Shown here: one piece after another, positions 19,656 to 30,016 of the stretch
Layout: each line of letters opens with the position of its first letter
How positions within the stretch are numbered: position 1 is the first letter of the stretch
Virus record (IMG/VR): IMGVR_UViG_3300023174_005338
Coordinates: 1 to 64,000 of that record
DNA: 64,000 nt
Strand: one strand, 5' to 3'
Notes under the pieces: model-generated
Seen by the model: only the letters and a program-made list of their open reading frames with translations
Database searches by the model: none
Told to the model about the DNA's origin: nothing
Program-made: the position numbers and the translations under genes

Positions 19656-20660
19656 ATGATCGATGTGATTTCTTACTTGCCCGCACGACGCAAGCCCAGT
19701 GCTTCGGGTTGGATCAGTTTCAATGCACCCTGCTGTATACACAACAGTGAAAGTGCGGATCGTCGCAGTAGGGGTGGTATCAAAACTTCAGATGCAGGGT
19801 GGAGTTATCACTGTTTCAACTGTGGCTACACTGCTAGTTTTATCTTAGGTCGCAATCTCAGTTTCAAGGCACGCAAGCTGATGTCATGGTTGGGGGTACC
19901 AGCAGAAGAAATAGAACGCATCAACTTAGAAAGTCTACGCCATCGTAGCATGGAAGGTCTACTTTCTGATCGTCAAAGGTTGAGCAATACCTTGCAAGGC
20001 ATAGAGTTTGAAGAACGTGACCTGCCACCAGCTGCAGAACTGGTCACTACAAAACATAATCTGCACTGGAATTACTTGCGTGGCCGTGCCGTACCAGAAA
20101 GCTATCCTGTGATGACTGTGTTAGAAAATGACAGTGTGCATTGGACACGTCCACAGGTCATAGTGCCATTTACCTATGACGATCGCGTGGTAGGTTACAG
20201 TAGCCGCATGCTGGACAATCGTCAGCCTCGGTACATACATGACACACAGCCTGGCTATGTGTTTGGCACAGACTTACAAGGTGCTGACTGGCGTTATGCC
20301 ATAGTGGTTGAAGGTGTGTTTGATGCACTTGGCATTGGAGGCTTGGCTGTGTTGCATGCCGAGATCAATGACGCACAGGTCAGACTCATACGCAGTCTAG
20401 ATCGTGAAGTCATAGTGGTACCTGATCAAGACGCGGCAGGCATGAAGTTAGTAGACCGTGCAGTAGAACTAGGCTGGAGTGTAAGCATGCCTGCATGGCC
20501 CGCGGATGTCAAAGATGTCAATGATGCTGTGATTCGTTGGGGAAAGGTAGCAACTTTGATAACTATCATGCAGTCCAGAGAAACCAGTAAAATTAAAATA
20601 GAACTAAGGAAGAAAGCACTCTTAAAAAGACTTAAACAATCAAAGATTGTAACTTCTTAA
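19656..20660 (+). CDS. gp61: DNA primase (gp61-like)
   Basis: Zn finger (PCC...HCFNC), TOPRIM VEGVFDA, PDQD, KDVND. Confidence 0.88.
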   Translation: MIDVISYLPARRKPSASGWISFNAPCCIHNSESADRRSRGGIKTSDAGWSYHCFNCGYTASFILGRNLSFKARKLMSWLGVPAEEIERINLESLRHRSMEGLLSDRQRLSNTLQGIEFEERDLPPAAELVTTKHNLHWNYLRGRAVPESYPVMTVLENDSVHWTRPQVIVPFTYDDRVVGYSSRMLDNRQPRYIHDTQPGYVFGTDLQGADWRYAIVVEGVFDALGIGGLAVLHAEINDAQVRLIRSLDREVIVVPDQDAAGMKLVDRAVELGWSVSMPAWPADVKDVNDAVIRWGKVATLITIMQSRETSKIKIELRKKALLKRLKQSKIVTS

Positions 20661-21261
20661 GTCTCCATGTTTCTTTTTGTTTTTCAATTTGTTCTGCTGA
20701 CCTTTTTCTTCCTTTCAAGGCCGCACTTACTTTAGCATTCCATTCTTTTGAGTGTTCAACTTTTTTAAGTGCCATTCGTCTTTTCTCTATGGTGTCTTTA
20801 GTTTGTTTTAGACCTGTGTGTGATATGCTATTCTTTTTCCTACGTTCTAAACTATGTTTTACCCCAGTGAGAGATTTCTGGATTTTTTCTTTTGTTTTTG
20901 TTGTTCTTGTTTTACCGCGGTTTGAATTGGCTCTTTTCAATTTGGTTTCTGCAGATTGAATAGCACCAATTGACCCTTCTCCGCCATCGGTACGGTTATG
21001 AAGAATTCCTGTATTGTTATTTTGCCTTCCATACCATCTTATTAATTTTCGTTCCAAAATAAATGCACCTATTTCAAGCAAGTCATGAGAAATAATTATA
21101 ATACGACCAGGCGGTGGAGTATGCACACCCTGATTGTTTTGTCTGTGCTGAATCCAAGCTCGTGGGCCAGAACCTTTACCTATATAATATGGTGTTCCAG
21201 AATTGCGTAGGTAGGCATACACATAAAAGCTATTGGGTGGAGATAATTTTGTAAATATCAT
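20632..21261 (-). mobile_element. Free-standing GIY-YIG homing endonuclease with NUMOD3 repeats
   Basis: FYVYAY...YYIGKG..R, ERKLI, N.TDGGEG, repeated (H/Q)S.ET..K.S..KG; antisense, AT-rich, between primase and helicase; AAGGAG SD before ATG 21261. Confidence 0.88.
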
Positions 21262-21328
21262 TGCTGGTGCTCCTTTCAAGCATTAGAGTAGTTGGACATT
21301 GGCGTGTCGCGAACTACACCTTTATTTA
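21262..21328 (-). promoter_or_regulatory. Late promoter plus structured leader of the endonuclease gene
   Basis: TAAATA (21328-21323); GTAGTT/AACTAC and GACA/TGTC hairpin; TGCT/AGCA hairpin over the SD. Confidence 0.55.
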
Positions 21329-21389
21329 GTCAATTGAGTTGTTTTGTCTATAGTATTCTGTTATACTCTTAAAATAGCTGATAGAAAAT

Positions 21390-22787
21390 ATGATTACAGA
21401 TTATAATTTGGCAGTGCAACGTCTCTTTTTAGAGATGATGATTTCTGACGCAGAATTGTTCGTCAGAGTTCAAAATATTTACAATCCCGAAAACTTTGAT
21501 CGCAGTCTGCGACCGGTTGCAGAATTTTTGAAACAACATTGTAATGAATATAAAACACTACCTACGCCAGAACAAATAAATGCCGCAACAGGAATCAAAC
21601 TTGAGCCAATACTTGATCTAAATGAAGGTCACTGTGATTGGGCGTTAAACACATTCGAAGGATTTACTCGACGTCAAGAACTAGAGCGGGCAATCTTGAA
21701 GTCAGCAGACCTGCTGGAAAAAGGTGAGTATGATCCTGTGGAGAAGTTGATCAAGGATGCGGTACAGATCAGCTTGACCAAGGACATGGGCACAGACTAC
21801 TGGTCTGATCCCAAAGCTCGTATCAACAAATACTTTAATAGCGGTGGACAAGTTTCAACAGGTTGGCCACAGATGGACAAGATCTTGTATGGTGGATTCA
21901 GCAGAGGCGAACTCAACATTTTTGCAGGTGGATCAGGTTCTGGTAAATCCTTGGTCATGATGAACATTGCTTTGAGCTGGTTGCAGGCTGGCTTGTCGGG
22001 GGTGTATATCAGTTTGGAACTCAGTGAAGAACTGTGTGCCCTGAGAACTGATGCCATGTTGGCCGGAATGAGCACCAAAGAAATACGCAAGGACATTGAT
22101 CAGACCGAGCTCAAGGTCAAACTTGTGAGCAAGAAAGCCGGACAATATCGTATCAAGGCCCTGCCGGCGCAAAGCAACATCAATGACATACGAAGCTACA
22201 TCAAAGAAGTACAAGTGCAAACAGGATTGAAAGTGGACTTTGTCATGTGTGATTACTTGGACTTGTTGATGCCTGTGAGCGCCAAGGTCAGTCCCAATGA
22301 TCTGTTTGTCAAAGACAAGTATGTTTCAGAAGAACTGCGTAACTTGGCCAAAGAGCTCAATGTGTTGTTTGTGACAGCCAGCCAGTTGAATAGATCGGCC
22401 GTGGAAGAAATTGAGTTCGACCACAGTCATATTTCGGGCGGTATCTCAAAGATCAACACAGCAGACAATGTGTTTGGCATCTTTACCAGCCGAGCCATGC
22501 GTGAACGTGGCAAGTATCAGATACAGTGTATGAAAAGTCGTAGTAGCACAGGTGTAGGACAAAAGATTGACTTGGACTACAACATTGAAACCATGCGTAT
22601 CACTGATCCAGGTGAAGAAGCAGGGCCAGTTAACTCTTTCAAGAAACCTGATATTTTAACCAGCATCAAAACACAAAGTCGTATGACCACACCTGCAGAA
22701 GAAGAAATTGTAGAATCTGGCAAAATAACCGCTGATGTTCAGAGCGCAAAACTAAAACAGTTGTTGGGAAAGATAAAGACCACATGA
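21390..22787 (+). CDS. gp41: gp41/DnaB-like replicative helicase
   Basis: STGW, GGSGSGKS, SLELSE, DYLDL, TASQLNR, KSR. Confidence 0.93.
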   Translation: MITDYNLAVQRLFLEMMISDAELFVRVQNIYNPENFDRSLRPVAEFLKQHCNEYKTLPTPEQINAATGIKLEPILDLNEGHCDWALNTFEGFTRRQELERAILKSADLLEKGEYDPVEKLIKDAVQISLTKDMGTDYWSDPKARINKYFNSGGQVSTGWPQMDKILYGGFSRGELNIFAGGSGSGKSLVMMNIALSWLQAGLSGVYISLELSEELCALRTDAMLAGMSTKEIRKDIDQTELKVKLVSKKAGQYRIKALPAQSNINDIRSYIKEVQVQTGLKVDFVMCDYLDLLMPVSAKVSPNDLFVKDKYVSEELRNLAKELNVLFVTASQLNRSAVEEIEFDHSHISGGISKINTADNVFGIFTSRAMRERGKYQIQCMKSRSSTGVGQKIDLDYNIETMRITDPGEEAGPVNSFKKPDILTSIKTQSRMTTPAEEEIVESGKITADVQSAKLKQLLGKIKTT

Positions 22788-23296
22788 ACCAACAAGCCTT
22801 GGATACTGCCATTCAACTCAGACCGGATTTATGGTCTATCAAAGAAATCTTGTTTGAGGATGAATTAAATTATCTGTTGTCTACCATTGAAAATGAAACA
22901 GATTGGATCAAAATTGATGGACAACAAACTCTCAACAGAGAACAAGTCGCTTGGAAACCGGATGGAATATGTGATTGGCTCTGGTGTAAGTTATCTGAAT
23001 TAGATTTTTCAAGACTTGGTTTAAAATTTCGCACTGCGATGATCTGGAAAGATCAAGCCAGGTATAAAATCGATAATCATTTTGACAACGATCAAGTCAC
23101 GGCTGCCATGCAAATTTATCTTAGCGAAGACCGTGCCGATCTAGGAACTTGGTTTGAAAATTCCGTGGAAATAGCTTTCAAACAAAATACCGGTTATATC
23201 ATGCATAATAGAAACAGATTGATCCATGGCATGAAGAAATCTGTGCCTGACAATTACTCACGCCTGAGTTTTTATGCTCTATTTGATCGCCTTTGA
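22784..23296 (+). CDS. 2OG-Fe(II) oxygenase-like protein
   Basis: HFD (HxD), MQIYL, GT.F, NTGY, distal HG, R.S. Confidence 0.65.
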   Translation: MNQQALDTAIQLRPDLWSIKEILFEDELNYLLSTIENETDWIKIDGQQTLNREQVAWKPDGICDWLWCKLSELDFSRLGLKFRTAMIWKDQARYKIDNHFDNDQVTAAMQIYLSEDRADLGTWFENSVEIAFKQNTGYIMHNRNRLIHGMKKSVPDNYSRLSFYALFDRL

Positions 23297-23320
23297 TCAC
23301 GACAAAAACAAAGGTTAAAA

Positions 23321-24331
23321 ATGATTGCGTATAAAGACATCAGAGATGTTCATTTAGAAATCTCTAGCCTTTGCAACGCCAGTTGTCCTTGGTGTCCTAG
23401 AACATTCTGGGGGTATCCCTACAACGGCGGGTATCCTGAAACCAATCTCAGTTTAACACAAGCACGACATATATTTCGCCCTGAGTTTTTACAACAGTTG
23501 ACCAGTATTCGTATCAACGGCAATTTTGGTGACATCGTTATGAATCCAGAAGGGCCGGCAATAGTAGACTATTTTTTCTCTCACAATCCAGACCTTGAAG
23601 TAACTATCAGTACCAATGGCGGTGCTAGAAACAAAGATTTTTGGACTAGACTGGCACATACACCAGCTACCGTGCAATTTTGTTTAGATGGGCTCAAGGA
23701 CACACATCATCTTTACCGACAAAACACACAATGGTCCACGGTTATTAAGAATGCCAAAGAATTTATCAGTGCAGGCGGATACGCTGTTTGGAGTATGATT
23801 CCATTTGATCACAATAGACATCAAATTGATGCCTGCAAAAAAATAAGCCAAGACCTAGGATTCAAAGAGTTTGAATTAAAAAATGATGGACGTGATACTG
23901 CGCCGGTGTTTAATCAGCATGGTCATTTAGTTCATGTCATGGGCAACTACACAGGTGAACTCAACTTTGAGACTTTGTTGCACAAGAAAAAAACAGACAC
24001 TGTTTTACTACAAGACATCACAACTAATCGAGTTCCTGCCGCATCTATCAGCTGTGAAACAAAAAATCTTAAATCCATTTATGTCTCAGCTGCTGGTGAT
24101 GTTAGCCCATGTTGCTACACAGGTTTTTATCCTAAGACATATGGTGCAGGACAATATCATCAAGCGGCCAATGCACAGTTGATTCCACTAATAGTTAAAA
24201 ACAATGCTTTAGAATACTCCTTGCAAGAATGCGTAGAATGGTTTAAATCTGTTGAAAAATCGTGGAAAATACCAAACTATGAGCAAGGACGTTTGATTAT
24301 TTGTGATGACAACTGTGGCCAAAACCAATAA
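23321..24331 (+). CDS. Radical SAM protein with C-terminal twitch/SPASM-like Cys cluster
   Basis: CNASCPWC (CxxxCxxC), STNG, LDG, SC...G.VSPCC, C..NC. Confidence 0.88.
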   Translation: MIAYKDIRDVHLEISSLCNASCPWCPRTFWGYPYNGGYPETNLSLTQARHIFRPEFLQQLTSIRINGNFGDIVMNPEGPAIVDYFFSHNPDLEVTISTNGGARNKDFWTRLAHTPATVQFCLDGLKDTHHLYRQNTQWSTVIKNAKEFISAGGYAVWSMIPFDHNRHQIDACKKISQDLGFKEFELKNDGRDTAPVFNQHGHLVHVMGNYTGELNFETLLHKKKTDTVLLQDITTNRVPAASISCETKNLKSIYVSAAGDVSPCCYTGFYPKTYGAGQYHQAANAQLIPLIVKNNALEYSLQECVEWFKSVEKSWKIPNYEQGRLIICDDNCGQNQ

Positions 24332-24355
24332 ATAATAAAAAGGTCCTGGCCCAAA

Positions 24356-24604
24356 ATGCAGAAAAAAACAAAAAGTCTATTAGAAGAATTAGATGCCATG
24401 TACATTCAGCGCGATCAGCGCCATGTCATAGAAAACCGTGCCAGCAACGTGATTGCCAGTGCCATACGTTTGATGGAGCAGATTGATGATTCTTATCCTG
24501 CTGAACAGGCAGAAAATCTCAAACGCAAATTGCTCAATGCTATAAATCAGCGTGATCCCAACAAGTTTACTCGAACAGTGAGACGCACCGATGCAAATTC
24601 ATGA
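24356..24604 (+). CDS. Conserved late hypothetical protein
   Basis: 82 aa, upstream TAAATA (~24329). Confidence 0.7.
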   Translation: MQKKTKSLLEELDAMYIQRDQRHVIENRASNVIASAIRLMEQIDDSYPAEQAENLKRKLLNAINQRDPNKFTRTVRRTDANS

Positions 24605-25313
24605 AATAACACAATGTAAGTTAGACGAAGGCTTGGGCAACTTGTTGGGCAAAGCTGCCGGCGGAATCGCCAAAGGAGCCAATTGGCTGGCACAGAAAAC
24701 ATCTCCTGTGGGCGATTTCAAACGTGCCTACACTGGATCAATGGCGTCGCAACAAACGGCCATGCTAGGGAAAAAAGTTGCTGACATCTGGGCTCGCTAT
24801 GATCAGCAACTACGAGCTGCCACACCTGATCCAACCCAGTATGCTGATCTATATCCCAAATCACTGGCAGCGTTTGTACAAAAAAATCTCCTGGGCGGTC
24901 AGTCTTTGTCCTATGCTACCAACAAACAACAAATCAACCAGCTTATCAGTGACATTACCAACAACAGAGACAATCCACAAAAGGTGGCACAAGGCATGGC
25001 CAAACTGGTGCAACAGGCCGCGGTCAGTCAACAAGATGTGAATCAGACACAAGGTCTGGCCAAGGTGGTCAGCGTGCAACCGGCTGTGATACAATACAGG
25101 AATGTCAACTATGCCATTGACAACAATGGTCAATGGGCCAATCAAACCACAGGTCGTGTGCCCGATGAAAGTTTCCAAGCATTCCTAGATCAGGAACTGA
25201 TCAAAGCTGGCGGATCAGCACCAACCGGATCTACTGTTGCGTCTGCTCCGTCGACATCGCCGCTGGGTCAGAATGTCAGACGTTCGACACGTAAACGTCC
25301 AGGTACAGTTTGA
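24591..25313 (+). CDS. Putative internal virion protein
   Basis: N-terminal MQIHEI...LDE/G leader resembling prohead-protease-processed proteins; Ala/Gln-rich. Confidence 0.5.
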   Translation: MQIHEITQCKLDEGLGNLLGKAAGGIAKGANWLAQKTSPVGDFKRAYTGSMASQQTAMLGKKVADIWARYDQQLRAATPDPTQYADLYPKSLAAFVQKNLLGGQSLSYATNKQQINQLISDITNNRDNPQKVAQGMAKLVQQAAVSQQDVNQTQGLAKVVSVQPAVIQYRNVNYAIDNNGQWANQTTGRVPDESFQAFLDQELIKAGGSAPTGSTVASAPSTSPLGQNVRRSTRKRPGTV

Positions 25314-27202
25314 TCATGCATTTGCTCGAAGGTGGCAACGTATTCAAAGATGCCGATGGTCGTGCCCTGACCCAACGCATAAATCAGACCGATGTCAAGC
25401 CAACTCTGGCCTGGTTAGAAGAATTGGTGCCAGGTCTGGATCTACAAAACAACACCTTGGGCAGCACTGGTATCCGAGACACCAGTGGTGATCTTGACAT
25501 TGCCGTAGACAGCAAGCAGGTTACCAAAGAACAGATGGTAGCCCAACTCACACGTTGGGCACAGAGCCACGGGTTCAAGCCCGAAGAATGGGTGCGCAAG
25601 TCAGGCACCGCGGTGCACTTCAAGACACCCATCAATGGTCGCCCTGATTCAGGATTTGTGCAAACCGACTTTATGTTTTTACAGAATGTGCCTTGGTCAA
25701 AGTTTGTGCTGGGCGCCATGCCCACAGATAGCCGATACAAAGGCCGTGAGCGCAACGTGCTGATCAACAGCATAGCTAAAAGCAAGGGCTACAAGTTGAA
25801 TCAAATCGCAGGCATACAACGCAGAGATGACCCCACAAATAAGGTAATAACCGACGATCCAGATCAAGTTGCCAAGATTCTTCTTAACAAAACAGCCACA
25901 CGGCAAGATTTGGCTAGTGTAGAAACCATATTACAAGCTCTCAGCACAGATCCTGAACGTGAAGCCAAGTTGGCCGACTTCCGTGAACACATGAAGCGCG
26001 AAGGCCTGCCATTTATGGAAAGCGAAACACCTGCAGTAACCGGATACACAGAAGTAAATTTCCTGGCCAAGTTGCGTGATCGTATTGTTAAACAAGGCAT
26101 GCAACCTTTGATTGAGCAGACTTTGATGGAAGCCGAAGCTCGTATACCACACATCGAAGATCTGGTGTTTGATCGTGGCACACGTGGCATCGAAGAAGCC
26201 ATGGCCATCATACGTGCAGCCGCCGAGGATACTAGAAAAACAACCACAGTCAAATGGGATGGCAAACCTGCCATTATCTGGGGTAGAGATGAACAGGGCG
26301 ATTTTGTACTCACAGACAAGAGTGGCTTTGGTGCCAAAGGATATCAAGGCCGTGCCACCAGCATGGCGCAACTGGCCGGTATCATGAGTCAGCGTAGCGG
26401 TGAACGCGGTGAGCTGATTGGCATATATCAAAAACTATGGCCCATGCTGGAAGCAGCTACACCTGAAAAGTTCCGAGGATACGTGCAGGGCGACCTGCTG
26501 TATACCGAAACTCCGCCCGAAGTGTCGGGCAACTATGAATTCAAACCCAACTTTGTGGAATATCGTATTCCGGTTTCCAGCAAGTTGGGACAGGCCATTG
26601 GAGCCAGTGAAGTGGGCATAGCCGTGCATACCCGATACAAAACTGCCGACGCCACAGCCGAACCCATAAGAAGTGCAAATCTAGATCCAGTGCCAGGCCT
26701 GCTGATCATTGAGCCCACGGTCAAAGACATCCGGAATGTCACACCCAACAAAAAACTCGTAGATCAACTGCGTGCAGTCATCAGCTCGCACGGTGCTGAC
26801 ATCAACAGCTTGTTCAATCCCGTCGAGCTCAGAGCCGCACAGCTCAGCGACTTGCCGGCGCTGTGCAAACGCTACATCAACAGCAGAATCACCACTGACT
26901 ATGAAAATCTCCTGCCGGACTTTGGTGCTTGGTTGCAGAAAAACGTAACTCCAAGAAAATACAACAACATAGTGGAATACCTGCAGAGCCCTAGAAGCAA
27001 CATGTCGGGCATCACAGCCGCATTCACAGCATTCTTGCTGTTGCATGAAATCAAGATGGACATGCTGGCGCAGCTGGATCGCCAACAGCCCGGACAAGAA
27101 GGCTGGGTCTTGGCCACCGATGCCGGTCGTGCCAAGTTGGTCAATCGCTTTGGGTTCAGTGCCGGAAATAGGATCTTAAACAACCCCAATTTGGTCACCT
27201 AA
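25310..27202 (+). CDS. Pol-beta-type nucleotidyltransferase fused to a KxDG ligase-like domain
   Basis: N: LGSTG..SGDLDIAVD..QTDF; C: HIEDL, TVKWDG, QGDLL, EGWVL, KLVNR; start 25310 (TTG) or 25316. Confidence 0.6.
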   Translation: MIMHLLEGGNVFKDADGRALTQRINQTDVKPTLAWLEELVPGLDLQNNTLGSTGIRDTSGDLDIAVDSKQVTKEQMVAQLTRWAQSHGFKPEEWVRKSGTAVHFKTPINGRPDSGFVQTDFMFLQNVPWSKFVLGAMPTDSRYKGRERNVLINSIAKSKGYKLNQIAGIQRRDDPTNKVITDDPDQVAKILLNKTATRQDLASVETILQALSTDPEREAKLADFREHMKREGLPFMESETPAVTGYTEVNFLAKLRDRIVKQGMQPLIEQTLMEAEARIPHIEDLVFDRGTRGIEEAMAIIRAAAEDTRKTTTVKWDGKPAIIWGRDEQGDFVLTDKSGFGAKGYQGRATSMAQLAGIMSQRSGERGELIGIYQKLWPMLEAATPEKFRGYVQGDLLYTETPPEVSGNYEFKPNFVEYRIPVSSKLGQAIGASEVGIAVHTRYKTADATAEPIRSANLDPVPGLLIIEPTVKDIRNVTPNKKLVDQLRAVISSHGADINSLFNPVELRAAQLSDLPALCKRYINSRITTDYENLLPDFGAWLQKNVTPRKYNNIVEYLQSPRSNMSGITAAFTAFLLLHEIKMDMLAQLDRQQPGQEGWVLATDAGRAKLVNRFGFSAGNRILNNPNLVT

Positions 27203-27223
27203 CTCCTGATTTTTACCAAAAGG

Positions 27224-27231
27224 TATAAATA
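27224..27231 (+). promoter_or_regulatory. T4-type late promoter TATAAATA
   Basis: Exact T4 late consensus upstream of an SD-led gene. Confidence 0.7.
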
Positions 27232-27271
27232 AAAGTAGGCCCATTGAGGCCATATATTAAGGAGATTTAAA

Positions 27272-27670
27272 ATGGCATTTATTACTAAAGTTTCTGGTGG
27301 CTCACAACCAGTATTTGCATCTGACGTATTAAACGGTCCAGTTGCTCAAGGTGCAAACATTGTTGCACAAGGTCCTGTTCAAGTAGCCGGTCCCAAGTTA
27401 GACTTTTACACTTTCACAGCTAACGCAACTCTAGTTGCTCAAGGTGGTGTAAATGGTTTTGTTGCCAACGTTATCCAAGCGTTGCAACAGACAACCACGG
27501 TTGCTATGTATCAAGTTCCAACAACAACAACCATTGCAGTTGCTACATATCCAGATGGCGCATTTGGTAACGTTGCTCTTGCTTTGGCTGCTGCGCAAGG
27601 TGCGAATGCTACAATCGGTATCAGCTCTGCCACTGGCACAGCTGCATTCACAAACTTGGATAATCTATAA
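27272..27670 (+). CDS. Probable highly expressed virion structural protein
   Basis: Late promoter, AAGGAG SD, strongly biased codons, Ala/Gly/Thr-rich, own terminator. Confidence 0.6.
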   Translation: MAFITKVSGGSQPVFASDVLNGPVAQGANIVAQGPVQVAGPKLDFYTFTANATLVAQGGVNGFVANVIQALQQTTTVAMYQVPTTTTIAVATYPDGAFGNVALALAAAQGANATIGISSATGTAAFTNLDNL

Positions 27671-27693
27671 TTAGTCAAATTTGTAACCACACT

Positions 27694-27716
27694 AAACCCG
27701 CTCCGGCGGGTTTTTT
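27694..27716 (+). terminator. Rho-independent terminator
   Basis: AAACCCGC-TCCG-GCGGGTTT plus T-run. Confidence 0.85.
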
Positions 27717-27758
27717 GTTGACTTTATTGATCATCGTGCTACAATAGTTAAATACATC

Positions 27759-28013
27759 ATGCAGGTCAGCAAAATCACAGAACTCACAGTGTTTGAAAGT
27801 CCCGACGGTGGACGCACGGTGTACGCTAGAAAACCCGGGGACTCCAAGCGAGAGTTGCATTGGCAAGATCCCAACCTGCAACAAGAGCTCAAAGAACTGG
27901 AACAACAAAAACGTTGGGTAGACATATTTTCAGCACGTCGAGACAATGTGGAACTGGATCGCCTGTGTGAACAGGTTGAAATTATCTATGAACTGGCCAG
28001 GAAGGACTCATGA
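27759..28013 (+). CDS. Hypothetical protein (ESPDGG.TVY family)
   Basis: 84 aa; TTGACT/TACAAT and TAAATA upstream. Confidence 0.7.
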   Translation: MQVSKITELTVFESPDGGRTVYARKPGDSKRELHWQDPNLQQELKELEQQKRWVDIFSARRDNVELDRLCEQVEIIYELARKDS

Positions 28014-28438
28014 GATTTGCCTGCCAGACCCTGTTTGATATCACGGCCACGGGTACCACGGGGCACTGCAAGTCTGTACGCATGCCTTACAGTGATGCGG
28101 CTGGACAGGTTATACGTGACCAAGTTACCTGGAATCGCAGCCGCAACCAACAACGCAACTGGGAGACCCTGCAACAGATCCTGAGCCTACGCACACAAAT
28201 CATGCAGATCACCGTGCCTGTGACCGACCAAACTGGCACACGCTGGATGTTTGAATTTGAAACTGACACAGCCGGAGCTTTTGGGCCCGACGAGGATGCC
28301 ACCGTGATTCTTCGCCAAGATGCTGCGGGTGTGCCCATGTTGGGAGAACTTGACAACAAGCCTGACCTAGACCCTTATCTAGTGACCACTGGCCCGCGTC
28401 AGAATATCTGGTTTGCCTCTGTAGGCATAAATACATAA
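28010..28438 (+). CDS. Hypothetical protein
   Basis: 142-aa coupled ORF. Confidence 0.65.
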   Translation: MRFACQTLFDITATGTTGHCKSVRMPYSDAAGQVIRDQVTWNRSRNQQRNWETLQQILSLRTQIMQITVPVTDQTGTRWMFEFETDTAGAFGPDEDATVILRQDAAGVPMLGELDNKPDLDPYLVTTGPRQNIWFASVGINT

Positions 28439-28450
28439 TGGAGACACAGC

Positions 28451-28714
28451 ATGGTTGAGCCCACTGACATAGAAAAGAAAAGTCTGGAAGCACACGTGGA
28501 ACTTTGTGCTGAACGCTACAATGCCCTGGAAAACAGACTGGATCACGTGGACGCCAAGATCTCCAGTCTGTCTGATGTGATTCGCGAAGTGCATGACATG
28601 GTTCAACGCATGAGCGAAAAACGCACAGATCAACTCATTGGCTGGGGCGTGGGCCTGATAGGCGCTCTGTCAGCCACTGTGATATATCTGGTCACACACT
28701 ACGTATTGAAATGA
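28451..28714 (+). CDS. Coiled-coil protein with C-terminal TM helix (holin/hemolysin-like topology)
   Basis: LEAHVELCAERY..LE.RL coiled coil plus hydrophobic C-terminus. Confidence 0.55.
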   Translation: MVEPTDIEKKSLEAHVELCAERYNALENRLDHVDAKISSLSDVIREVHDMVQRMSEKRTDQLIGWGVGLIGALSATVIYLVTHYVLK

Positions 28715-29208
28715 TCAGCGAACGTGAAGTAGAACGGGTATTCCGCCAGGAATTCCGAGATCTCATGCCCAATGTGATCTGGCAAAACGACGACGGCGTG
28801 TACGAAGTTTTTGGACGCTACAGGATACAGCCGGAATCTCGAGGATTCCGGGTGTTTTGTAGTGCCACAGATGTGGGTGTGTTTGCCACCACAAGAACAG
28901 CACTCAGCTGGTGCATAGCCGACAAAAATCAGGCCTACAACACAGCCCGAGAACTTTTGACCACTGACAACAAGTTGGCCGCGCTGACTGCCGACATAGC
29001 CACCCGTGCTGGCATAGGTGATCGCAGCCGAGATCCTGCGCTACGTGAAATCATTTTAACCAAGCTGGAAAGCAAGATCATACACAAAAAACACCTGGAA
29101 AATCAGCTGACCAAATATGTGAACTGGGCTAAATATTCGCAACAACGAGGATTTGAAGATGAAACTGCAAGAACTGGCCGTGGCCAACCCAATAAAACAA
29201 GCCGCTAA
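28711..29208 (+). CDS. Hypothetical protein
   Basis: 165-aa coupled ORF. Confidence 0.65.
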   Translation: MISEREVERVFRQEFRDLMPNVIWQNDDGVYEVFGRYRIQPESRGFRVFCSATDVGVFATTRTALSWCIADKNQAYNTARELLTTDNKLAALTADIATRAGIGDRSRDPALREIILTKLESKIIHKKHLENQLTKYVNWAKYSQQRGFEDETARTGRGQPNKTSR

Positions 29209-30016
29209 GGTATTTGAAAGTTACTTTGGACAAGGCGTCAACTTTGGTGATCTGACCTCTCAACAGGCCAGCCACATGCTGAAACGTGTGCGGAGCATGA
29301 TTGCCGAACACCGCAGAACTCCAGAATTCCATAGTAGCGAGCAAAATCCTGCCTATTTGAAACTGGTGGTCATGGAACAGGCCTTGGCCGCCACAGCTTC
29401 AGCACCACAGCAAACTCCTCAGCAAGCACAAGCCGCTATGACTCTTAAACGTCAGCAAGATCAGCGTGCCCTAGACGACGAAGACAAACAATTAACACAA
29501 CAGGCTCAGGCTATCACAGCCAGAAAAGCTGCCATACAAAAACAAAAAGCCATGTTGGAAGGACGTCGCAGTCTCAAACAACGTCTCAAAGAAGCTAGTG
29601 AAGTCCAACAAGCTCAGGTAGTGTTGGCCAGCCAAGACATGGTTGACCAAGTACAGGGCATGAGCGAAGACATCAGCGCCATGCAATTCAAAGACCTTCC
29701 AGCCTTGGTGGATCAGATCAAGAACGAAGTTGGTGTGGATCAGGCCATGCAGTTCAACACAGATGCCACAGCAGCCTTGAGTGGACTGTTGCAAAATCTG
29801 CAAACAGCCAAGACACAACTGGAAGCAGCCTTGGGAGTGGTCACAGGACAAGCTCCAATAGTACCCGGTGCTGACATGACCGCAGGAATGGCACCTGCTG
29901 GCGAAATGCCAGCTGAGTTACCAGCACCTGGCGAAGAAGAAATTGATGTCACTGATGTAGACATTGAAGAACCTGTTACAGAACCTGCTTCTACTCTGGG
30001 TCGTGCTCGCAGATAA
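29159..30016 (+). CDS. Putative prohead core/scaffold-like or internal protein
   Basis: MKLQEL leader, coiled coil, LKE/ASE site, acidic Pro-rich tail. Confidence 0.5.
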   Translation: MKLQELAVANPIKQAAKVFESYFGQGVNFGDLTSQQASHMLKRVRSMIAEHRRTPEFHSSEQNPAYLKLVVMEQALAATASAPQQTPQQAQAAMTLKRQQDQRALDDEDKQLTQQAQAITARKAAIQKQKAMLEGRRSLKQRLKEASEVQQAQVVLASQDMVDQVQGMSEDISAMQFKDLPALVDQIKNEVGVDQAMQFNTDATAALSGLLQNLQTAKTQLEAALGVVTGQAPIVPGADMTAGMAPAGEMPAELPAPGEEEIDVTDVDIEEPVTEPASTLGRARR

